The notes below the pieces were generated by a model, which saw nothing but the letters and a program-made list of their open reading frames with translations, did not search any database and was not told the origin of the DNA. Shown here in pieces: positions 36,501 to 48,500 of a stretch of DNA of 64,000 nucleotides. Positions within the stretch are counted from its first letter, which is position 1, and each line of letters starts with the position of its first letter. The position numbers and the translations under genes were made by a program. Source of the stretch: Leptogorgia sarmentosa (Eukaryota); contig OZ210885.1 of the NCBI GenBank assembly GCA_964658305.1, positions 20,212,001 through 20,276,000 on the forward strand, in the 5' to 3' direction.

Positions 36501-39500
36501 CCATGATAAGGAAGTTCAAGTAAAAAATATTCTTCTTGGGCCCTACATCAATAGCTTCTAATATCAATAGTCGTATGGTCACACACACATGGTTCTATAT
36601 ATGCCTTGCTATAGTAGTCGTTATTATACAGCCACATTCACCTGACAAGACCAGATGTGTGCTTTTCCATGCATAATTGAAAGTGCAGGTTTCATAAGGA
36701 ATGTCTCTTGGGGAGAAAGTTCTTCAGGAAGTGAAGTGAACCATGGCCAGTATTTGCACACAACATCCTGCCATAAAAACATGACACCTTGTGGAACCAG
36801 TCTGTTAACCTGAAGATAATGTGTGTAGCCAAACAATTCTCCTTGGTACATATTAACAGCCCCTTGAGCGAGCGCATGTCGGCAACCAGCAACCTCAAGC
36901 CCAGTTTCATCTAATTTTGACTTCGCATTTGCTGTATTTCTTGCTGCTTTCCAGTTAGCTGTCCCACAATAAGAATTTGCAGAGGTTTTCTGAAATACAT
37001 AAAAAATATAATTATAGATACAAGTAGAAAGTGTAGGAGTGCATTCATCAAGTGGTTAATTTAATTGTATTAGAAAAGCAGTATACCTTTGATGAACCTG
37101 ATGAATAGACATTTTCTAAATGAGCATCAACAGCTTCTTTTTCTTCTACAAACAGGTTCCCATAATAACAGCCTCGCTCACCTCTGCAAAATTATAAGAA
37201 TGTAGAATGTATTATTATACATAGGAGAATATAACTGACAGAACCTTTTAAAATTTCACTGCACAATGGTGAAAGCATGCTAGTTTAATAAAACAGTATA
37301 TTAACAGTACCTTGGAACACAACTATATCTATACAATTTAGCATTTCCATCCACATGGCAAGAATGCTGGTGTTGAAAACAACATGGACACTCCATCCAG
37401 TTCTTTCCTTGTATGGCGTCTATCTCATGTACAGCAAAACACCATTCCTTGAATGCCCGGTGAAAGACTGTCACATTGATTGTAGATGACTACAGAAATA
37501 TATTTTTCAAAAATTCAAACTTGTTGCAGCAAAATGAATATTCTTGTTACCTTGACTGAATAGGTCAGACAGAAAAGCATCCAAATTTATCTGGGTTTAT
37601 AATGAACACAATGAGTGGTTGAAATCACAATAAAGAATAACCTAATGGTTTCCAGGTTTGGATGGCCTGATCCAAACACACTAGGATGTTGTGAGAGTTG
37701 AAAAAAGCTGAGAAATCTTAGGCAGCAGGCAATTGGCTTCTTAGCTTTTCTCAACTGAAGCAACATCTAAATAAATTTAGGCAAGTTTGTACCGTACTTT
37801 GGATGGCCTGATTCAAACAGGCATATTGACCAATCAGCATGTATAATCTCATTGTAATTAACAAAAATTGTGTGCACAACTATAGTAAAATGCATCCACA
37901 TTCAACATTCCACCAACTGGTAAACTAAACACCCTTGAGAGAGTAAAATACTAGGGTGGATATTGGGTGTAACTGTGTTATCAGCTACATGTACATTGTA
38001 ATGGGTTAAAAAGCACAATTCAAAAAAGCATACCCTGCCCTTTTCGCTTGAAATGGTCCCCAGCGATCTAATAAATGCTGATTCAGATGTTCCTGGCATG
38101 TGCTTCCTTACAGAATCCCAAAGACGAAACAAATCGTCTGAAAAAACTTGGTTGAACTGGTTTGGACTTCCAGGCCAATATCCTTCACCGATCAATTTAT
38201 CCAAAGATAAAGGTGAATATTGCTGCTCACAGTTGCCACACTGATACATGCAGTGAAACAAGTCATACCGTCCTAAAATTTAAGAATCAGGATTTTGAAA
38301 ATGCTGGAAATTATAATTATGGTTGGTCTTTTTTAATCATTTGTCCTTCTAAGCTAAATTCACAAATAATTATGGTTCGTCTTTTTAATCCTTTGTCCTT
38401 CTTAGCAATATTCACAAAATGTAGACTATTAAAGCAAATTCATAATGTAGCTCAATATGATACTCAATCTCGTTCCCAGAGCATGCCCGTTCGCAGGTTA
38501 GGTGTGGGCATGGCTCTGGGGAAATCGAATTGAATACGTTTGATTTCATACGTACTCAATGCGCATGCTTAATCCGATTCCGCTATTGTATATTCTTGCT
38601 GGCTCAAAATATTATAATACTGTACACTTGGGGAAATATTCTGAACAGTTTAACGAAATTATTTAAATTTTGTGAATAAAAAATGATTTGAATTCATATG
38701 GAAGGGTTAGAAGAGGCAATATCGCTTTCTTTATTGAAGAGAAAACTCGAATTTACTTTGAAAAAAGAGCAAATGGAATGTATTTCTTCTATCGTTGCTG
38801 GTCGTGATGTCCTAGCTGTTTTGCCCACAGGGTATGGCAAATCGCTTATTTACCAGATTCTCCCGGACGTTTGTGACAAAATCTTTGATGCCAAAAATTC
38901 CATTGTGATAGTGATATCTCCTCTCAATGCGCTAATGCGCGATCAAGTTGTAAAATTAAATGAGCAAGGAATTACAGCCTGTATGATTCAAGGACATAGT
39001 GTTCTGGTCGGTGAAAATATGACAGATGATACTAGTGTCAAGTTACCTTTGGACAAACTTGAAAATCCATGTTTTCAAATCCTCTACATGCATCCAGAAG
39101 TTTGTGTGAACGAGAGGAAAGTCCTCAACATTTTTAACTCTACAATTTATCAAGAGCGTGTGCGGTGTGTAGTTGTTGATGAAGCTCACTTGGTCTTGAA
39201 TTGGTAAGTCAATTATTTATATAATTATATATTGTTCATTTTCAGATTCATTCAAGAAATTCACAAATATGATAAATAACATTAATCTAAACCTATGGTA
39301 ATTTAATAGGGTCATGACTTTTCCCATGGCTTAATGTGTCAGGTCTATTTTTTTTTGTTCTACCATAGGAATTCATTCAGACCGGCATATGGAAAACTTG
39401 ATGTTCTAGTGAGTATCTTTCCAAATATACCACACCTTGCAACAACAGCTACTGCCACATTGAAATCTCAAAAGGCGATATGTGAACTTTTGCAGTTAAA

Positions 39501-42500
39501 GGATCCTGTTATTGTATCTGCCAACCCTGACAGAAGTAACATTTTTTTGGAGTCTAGAGAAAGGCCTGCTACTGGTGTAGACAGGTTGCAACCCATCTTA
39601 GAGCCATTATGTGCGGAATTACTTGAGAAGGAGATTGAGATGCCTTTAACATTGGTGTATGGTTCACTGAATGTATGTGCAGAGAGCTTCCTATTCTTTA
39701 GTAATATGCTTGGGAAAAAACAATATTTTCCATTGGGAGCTCCTCACAAAAGTGAGAACAGGCTTTTTAGCCAGTATCATGCTGAATACCCACAGCATGA
39801 AAAAGAGAGATTAATAAACAACCTTATTAATAATGTTTCCACAGCTCGAATTTTGTTTGTAACAATTGCATTTGGTATTGGTATTGACTTGCCTTTCATA
39901 AGAAGAGTTATTCATATTGGAGTGCCACGGACCATGGAGGAATATTTCCAAGAAATAGGTCGTGCTGGTCGTGATGGTTTACCAGCTGTTGCAACAATAT
40001 ATTTTAATCGTTATGACATACGGTCTGGTGATAAATCAGTTGATCCAGTTATGAGGGAACTTGTTACTGGCAAAGGATGCAAGAGAAAGGTAATCCTAAA
40101 CTATTTTGGCCATATATTAGTTCGCTCGAACAATTCAGTTATTCATCATTGTTGTGACAATGACGCGTCTAAGTGTGAATGCAAAGAATGTACAGAAAAT
40201 ACTTTGTCACTTCAATTAGAAAAAGCAGGTGTTCAAGACAACATTGTACCTGATGATTGTCCAAATTACCTGAAGCAATTGTCCATCAGCAACACCCAGA
40301 AGTTGAAAATTCGTAATGCCCTCGAACAATACATGCAATCATTGTATTTTGGTCCTTCGTGCGTTGGTGGTATGACCCTAGCTACTGGTTTTACAAAAAG
40401 TTTAATTGATAAAACCATGGAACATTGCGAATATTTAGTCTCTATTGATGCTGTGGAACATTTTTTACCTGTTTTTAGCAGGGAAAATACAATAGTAATA
40501 TTAGACATTGTGAAAAGGTTTTCAACTGACTCTTAATGTTGACATTAGAGCCATTGCTATATATATATACTGTAAATAGTTAACAATTGTAATCATTAAT
40601 ATTATTTATTCCTTTTTTACATTTGACTTGGATGAGTTTATTATTAGGATAAAAATCTAATCAATATAGTCATAAGTCATTCAAGTCAAGCCATCAAATT
40701 TAATTCATACTAGCCTGAGTATTTTATAAAAAAACTTCACTTTGAAATTTTGAATATAATCAACTTGTGAGTTGTATTGGAAAGTATGAAATTCAAAAGT
40801 CTCATTCAATTGTTTCAACTCCTCACAAAATTTATGAAAACAACCAACATTTTTGCCATTTTTAGAATTTCCAGTTCCAAATACTATGTGAAATTTAGGT
40901 CAAAAAGAATTTCAATAAGTAATTTGTGCAATGTTGTAATCACTAATGCCTTTTTTTCATGATGTTGCAACCATGCATTACATATCTTCTTCTTCCAAGT
41001 CATCTAGTGCGCTTGATTCATCATCATCATCTTCACTCACATCTCCTTCTTCAGGTTCATAACATGACAATGGATTTTTTGCTAGAGATTTTTTCTTGCT
41101 TGTCAACCATGCATGAAGAGCAGATATATCAACACTGTTCAAAGGACTGTTCGAAATTGTGGGGAATGCTGTATGTTTGCGTCCTTTAACGAAGTTAAAT
41201 GGTTTCAACTTTCTCAAAACGTTGACCATCTCCTTGATATCTGTGCTTGGATCCCCATAGGTATGAGATTGTGAGTCCGGAGTTATGTTCGTTTGATGGT
41301 CGAAATTGTCGCTGATCTTCTTCACGTTGTAAGCACTTTGTGTGGATCTAGTGACCGCGTTTAATGTTTTGTTGCCACAAAGTCCACGCAAGATAACTTT
41401 ATTGCATTTGACCAAATGTTCCTGCTTTAAATCGTTAGCATAGTTTTTTCCTTTTCCACCCGAAGGATTCACAAATTGTCCATGGATTGCACGGTGAGCC
41501 ATTTTCTCAGAAAATAGGGCTTTGCAGTAGCTCAACAAACGCATAGCTTCAAACGCATATTTTTTGGATCGTCCTGAACATCTTGCATATAGCATTAACA
41601 TTTTCCAGTTCCTCATCATTCTCTCTCCGTCTCCTTCATGTTCAGAATCATCAAGCTGCATGAAGAACAAACCCATCTGTAGAACTTGGAGGCCGTAGTT
41701 AAAAACATGGTCTTGCTGTTTCAGATCTTCTATGTTGCGCGGCAGAAGTTTGATTTTGTAGTACTGCAGGTTCGCTTGCCGGCACGACTTGAATCGGTCT
41801 TCCAACACGCTTTCTTGGCCAGAAAATATCTTGACCCAGGCCAACATTTTGGTTGCTACCAAGTTCTGCGGTGATTAATCTTGCATTTATGATGGCTGTA
41901 ATTTTTAGCTTGTAGAATTCAGAACTCGGCGCGCTGGTTCCTGCGTTAGAGAACGTCTGCACTTTACCAACTGCTACAAGGTCTTTGATGTTGTTCGCCA
42001 GCAGGACAACTGTTTCATCTAAAAATGTGAAGCACTCAATGACATACAGACAGAATAAAATGTATAATGATCATAATTATATTACTTTAAAAACTCACCA
42101 GTGTATAGGCTGTTTCATCTAGAAAGAATCTTCATATGGTTTCTTCTGATTCTTTCTGGATAAAACAGCCTGTAGCGGTACGTTTTTGATGTAATAGAAA
42201 CGTGCCCTGCCAAGTATAATTATTTTTTTAAAATTTGTTACTTCTAATTTTTAATGACGTACCTTGTTGGTATGTGGTATTTGGGTTAACTTGAATGAAC
42301 GTGGGATTTGGCGCTGCGTTTTTATTTTGCACAGCACTTGTCTGATTTTGATCTAAAAGATAAGTAGTATGATTAAGTCGAATAATTCATTGCCATCGCG
42401 AGATACAGTATATTAATTAGTTCAAATAAAATACTGGTTCTTTGTACTGAGGGTGGAATTTAAAGATAGAAAACGTGCTGATTTACCTGTTGCAGATTGA

Positions 42501-45500
42501 CGTGGATGCAGAGCCTTTTCTGCATTCAGTTCAGGAAGGATATATTCATCCACGAAGTTCCCAATGACACATTCCATGAACTCTTTTTTGACTGCCAAGG
42601 TTGTATTAGTATGCGGAATCATAATGTTTGTGGGTTTCCCTTCCATGTCATTCAAACCAGCCCATTCCATAAACGCTTCACAAATGTAGGCTTTTGTAAC
42701 TTCTTGCAACAGCTCAGCAGACGCCTTGAAATTTTTTTTCGCGTCATTGTATACGTTCTTTTTGCCGAGCTTCTGACGAAAATAGTACATCGTACCAACA
42801 TCTCTTGCGCTTTTTGGAGTGTACAAATTGTTCCATGTAGTCTATGTGAAAGTTTAAGAAAATTAGGAAATTAAAAAAAAAACCTGTACAGATCAGACTG
42901 TGTGGACTTTAGCACGTGCACCGAACACTTCACTTACGCTTAGAAAAAATTGCTTTGCGTGCCAAACAGCTGGAAGTTCCACAATCTGCTCAAATCTGTC
43001 AGCTGAGTGGTCACACCCAGCTCGGGTTTTCTTTGCTCCAGTCAATCTTTCTCGACCCAGTAGATCGCCCACGAGCGGAACCTTCACATCTTGCAGAACT
43101 TCAGATTTTTTAGCTTCGACGTCTGCTAATGAGGATGTTTCATCAGAACCGTCTAAGTCAGTTGTGTCATCAGCGTTCAGGCCACGATAAATGTTGTACA
43201 GGAAATCAGTGACGTACTCCATATACCTGCATATGTCCGATGTCTTATTCTGATTGAATGGAACTACTGGCATGTTTATGATTTCTGATTTCTCAGCCAT
43301 TTCTTTTGAAAATCTGTGCTCGATGTGTGGTGGGACAACGTTCTTTATCACCTTTAAACAAGGAAAAAATTCCAATAGAACACGAGAAACCAATACGATG
43401 TACTCATGCCGCATTTTCTCCAGTTCATTTTTCGATAAGAGGTACTCCTTATTCTCAAGTTTGGTTAGGTCTGTAACCAGTCGTTTCGTGTCATCCAGAT
43501 GAGAAGATGGTACTCTGTCAAACGTTATGTACTGGCATATCCAATGCATGTCCGAGTTCTTGTATCCGCTGATTACAATGTTGGTTAGAATCCTAAAGTC
43601 AAAGTTGTCAAATGTCCATCTAATTTCTTTCCCTTCTTTTACCATTCTCTTTATATAGTCGGCAACACCATCTTGTAAGTCGTCTAAAATATTTCTGAAT
43701 GAATGACGTACTTGGCAAATTCCGAGGGCGTTACAGCGGTCAAATGTCTGTGAAGAAGAGAAGAATAAAGCAGATAATATTAATGTTATTATTACGTTTT
43801 GGTAGTTAAATCATAGGGTAAAGTAGAATGTTTTTGAATAGTAAACACAACTGATATACCTTGGCTGTACAATTTCCTACGCCAAACAACGTTGTTATGA
43901 CTTTCTGAATCAAGTTAAGTTCCCTCCACCTGTTATTTAGGAGAATACCATATGCGACACAAAGCAGTGCGACTTGTTTATCCGTATCCTTCAATTTTGG
44001 AATACTTATGGCACAGAGAAAATCCAGGACATCTGGCGCCCTTTCTCTCATTTCTTCCAGTACCTTTGTCCAGGTAAATTCCCCCAGCTGTTTATTCGTC
44101 CCTTTTCGAGTGACATGAAGCACAGATGGTTGCTGCCCCGAGCTGCGCGGTTTGCGTATGCATAATTTGCTACACTGGTCGTCTATCTCCTTCATCAGGG
44201 TATATTTTACCAAACTTCTCAAACTGGGTAGCGTAAAAAAACCCGACATATTTCTTCAGGAATACGTGTGCGCAAAGCTGAAAACAGACAGTGTACTTCT
44301 CGTTCCGTCAGCATAGATTGCAGAATCTAAAAAAGTAATGATATTCATGAAATTCATCCAGGTTGAAATTAACATGACTTAACCACACATTATTTTAGCT
44401 CCTACTGATAAATATTTTTTGGTGGTACTTTTTTCTGTAATTTAATGAAAACTATACATTGAATGCTACAAATTAAGTTAAGAAAGAAAGAATGCTATAA
44501 ATGTATTGTGTACCTGAGTGCTACGTAATCCTGCAAATTGAAGAATTTCGTGACTTCGGGTTTTTTAGAGGTTACAACATGGCGGCGTGCAGGGTAGTCG
44601 CGTTTGCCACGATTTCAATCGTGATTATGAGTACTGTTCTCATGCCAAGAAAGTGGAGTTTTTGTTCGAGCGATAGCTTCCCACTATGGTTAAATATTGG
44701 TTGTCATAAGGAGGGATTAAACGAAACTTTCACCTACTCGTCGTTATACGTCTACCGCCAGCAGAGAGGTATTGCTATGAAATGTCAACAGCGAAGCTTG
44801 TTGGCGGTGCTGTTGTTAATGTGTGGAGACATCGAATCTTGTCCTGGACCAAGCTCACTTACAAGAGAACAGTTTGGAAGCTTTCTTTTGAATAAAGGGA
44901 TGAAGTTTGTACATCAAAATATTAGAAGCCTAACAAGCAATTTTGATATGCTTCAAGAGTTTGTTGCTTCCCACGGAAAGATCGATCTCATTACACTATC
45001 AGAGACGCATATCTCGAGTGATGAAACTGGACATGAGGGGCTGTACGCTCTGAGAGGCTATGTTTTTCTCACACGAAATCGTGATTATGGAAGGGGTGGC
45101 GGAGTTGGTATGTATGTAAAGGATGGTATTACATTTAAACGGCGATCTGATTTAGAAAATTCTACTGCGATTGAGTGTTTATGGATTGAGATATTTTTGA
45201 AAAATGCAAAATCTTTCATCGTTGGATGCTTTTATTGTCCCCCTGAGACATCAAAATACCACCAATCTAACTTTAACGACCTATTACAAGACCATCTGCA
45301 TACCATTGACAAGGAAAACAAAGAAACCATACTATTGGGTGATTTTAATGTGAATTACAACGATACGTCCCCAAACACAATGTTCAAGACGATCGTAAAG
45401 TTGTTTGGTTTTAAACAACTTGTGAAGAAATGCACCCGTTTAACGGAGACATCGTCAACAACAATCGATTTGATATTGTCTAATGCGGCCCAAAACATAT

Positions 45501-48500
45501 CTGCAGTTGATGTTGTAGCAACATCTCTCAGCGATCATGATATGGTTGCCTGTATAAGAAAGATTAACCACCAACGTTACAATCCTAGAACGATTAAATG
45601 TCGAGACTATAAGAACTACGACCATAATGAGCTGTGTGCAGATATGATCAACATAGACTGGCAACCTTTATATGAAATTCCTGACGTAAATAAAGCACTC
45701 GATTACTTAAATAATATTCTTGGAGAAACATTCAGTAAACATGCGCCATTAATAGAGAAACGGGTAAAGGGAAGAAAATGTGAATGGTTAACAAGTGAAT
45801 TGAAACTCCTGTTGAGTGAGCGTGACAAGCTATTACGAAAAGCCCGTCGAACAAAAGACCCAGCGGATTGGCAAACGTACAAATCGTCACGCAATAAGTG
45901 TACAAACGAAGTCAGACAAGCCAAGGCGAAATTTCATCGTAATCTGTTAAATGAGAAGAGTGGTGACCCTAAAAAGTTCTGGGACTGTATTAAGAATATA
46001 TTTCCAAACAAAACATCCAAGTCAATGTTGTCACCTTTGTCACGGGATGATTCTACAGTTCGTGCAAATGGCTTCAGTAATTATTTTAAAAACGTTATTT
46101 GTTCACTGAAGACCAAAACAATCCCACTCGTTGATTTTGCTTGGAGATATATTAAGCCACCCTCTGTCAAGACAGATAAGAGATTTCACTTCAAATGCGT
46201 ATCGAAGGTACAGATTGAGCACGAACTTCGATCACTGCAGCGCACCAAAGCTACTGGTATTGATGAACTGCCACCCGGAATGTTGAAAGACTGTGCGAAG
46301 TGCATTTCCGGTCCTCTATGCTACGTCATCAACTTACCAATCAAAAGCTGCACCGTACCTAGTCTATGGAAGATTGCAAAAATTGTACCAATCTATAAAT
46401 CTGGAGACGCAAACTTGTTGGAAAACCATCGACCTATATCAGTGTTGCCGGTATTGTCAAAGCTCATCGAAAAAGCTGTGCACAAGCAACTCTTGGACTA
46501 TCTCGAAGGAAATAACCTACTGAATAATTGTCAATATGGTTTCCGAAAACATCGTTCAACCAAGTTAGCTGCTACGCTGTTGTGCGATAATATACGTCGT
46601 GAATTAGATAGCGGAAAACTTGTAGGAGCACTTTTTATTGATCTCAGTAAGGCCTTCGACACCATTGGTCATGGAATATTGTTGAAAAAGTTGGAATCTT
46701 ACGGTGTTATGGGCAACGAATTAACCTGGTTTACCGATTACTTGTTCAACAGAAATCAGATAGTTGAGATCAATAACGTGCACTCCGATATGGAGCCTAT
46801 TGTCTGTGGTGTTCCCCAGGGCTCAATTCTCGGGCCTTTGCTGTTCATAGTATTTTTCAATGATATCGCGGATAGAATACAACATTCAAATGTGATCACA
46901 TATGCTGATGACACTGTTGTTTACTATTCAAGCAATGATGTGAACGTGATTCAGGACATACTAAATCTGGAAATGGAGAATATTGGAAATTACTGCAGGG
47001 AAAATGAACTTTTACTAAACCTTAAAAAGGGCAAAACAGAATCAATGCTCTTCGGAACATCAAAGAGGATTAGCAAATATGGCAAAGATCTCAAAATCCA
47101 ATATCAAAATACTGAAATATCTTTCGTTAAGGAGTACGTCTACCTGGGCAACACTGTGGATAGTCACCTACTTATGAACACCAATTTTGATTGTGCGTAC
47201 AAGAAGGCAAGTGGTCGTCTCAGGCTGTTACAAAACGTTAGAAAGTATTTAACAGTTGACGCAGCGTTGAAGATCTTTAGGATGATAATACTTCCTATAT
47301 TAACGTATAGCAGCACCGTCAAAATGACTATCACAGAGACACAAAAGGAAAAGTTATCTTCGCTTCAAAATCGAGCTAAGAGTATCATACGGAGCGAAGA
47401 CGTGCCAAATATCATGGACGTGATCAAATATGAATCCTGCCTGCTAGTGAAGAAGTGCCTACAACAGGAAACACATAACCCAATCTTTGACGAGTATTTT
47501 ACAATGATTAGTCATGAAAAAGGAACAAGAAATAACAATTGCATGTTAAGACTACCTCGCGTGAAGCTGCAGGTAGCAAAGCAAAGTTTTTATTTTGGCG
47601 GAGCGAAATTATATAATGCTCTGCCATTAGATATAAGATCAGCCCAAACTTTTGAAAAATTCAGGAAAGGCTTGAAGGAACAATTTTAACTCATCTAATT
47701 CTTTTTAACATTAAAATTTTTTATGGTTCTTAGTGGTTGTTTTATTATTACAGATGTAGGTTTTTACAGGACAGGCATGGATAGCAGTTCTTGCGTTGTA
47801 TTTTTGTAAATACTATGTAAATAACTGAAGCTTTTATCCTGTGTAAATATTCAGAAATAATAATAATAATAATAATTCTTTCACTCTAGCTGAAGTTGGT
47901 GTGGTTTCAACTTCGGGTTGTCCGCTTGTCTCAGAGAACCTAACCAACAGACGTTCTCGCCGAGGGTTTGATTCACTAGAATGAGCTGAAGTAGCCGGTC
48001 TTATGCGCTTCAGTCTATTTAGTATTTTCGACGGAGTTAAAATCTTGGATGCGGGACTTTTTTGCTGGGTGTAGGTGCGCTTTCTACCATCAGTCGAGGA
48101 TGCTCCAACCGAAGATTGTTCCGCATTTGTACAAAGCGAAGCAATTTTTCTTACCCGGTCGTTTATGCCCTTCAAAAGCGTGAACCACGACCTGCATATG
48201 GTCGACTTGCCTTTTTCATCTAAGCCAACTCTTAAGCCTCCGTATTTTTCTAACGCCTCTCTAATGTTCTCTTTGGTAGCATTTTTCCCAAATAAATCGA
48301 CGCTATTTGCGTTAAGGATAATTTTCCTGCAGCATCTACAATGCATCTCGAATATAAATGTGCAATAACTGCTGAAACTGGATGTACGATACTGAGATCG
48401 TCACACTGTAACACTCCCTTAAAGCTTTTGTTTTTTTTAAACATGCGTGCAGCTCACAAAGAGAACCCACATGGCTTTTTGATGTTTCCATATTTATTTT

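Larger units (their letters stand above)
40978..48343 (-). pseudogene. AcademH transposase, multi-exon, first exon interrupted by a LINE
   Basis: N-terminal CRCC...C zinc finger; WTFDNFD; SDMHW; GDLLGRERL; WHAK; EGDGER; KYAFEA; DLKQEHL; frameshift near 41870. Confidence 0.85.

Noticed and set aside
38162..38533. ORFs sharing QSRSQSMPVRRLGVGMALGKSN (also 49936-50142)
   Set aside because: Translation of the AcademH TIRs.
38698..40536. host RecQ/WRN/BLM gene
   Set aside because: It lies within TIRs and a 9-bp TSD, convergent with an Academ transposase.
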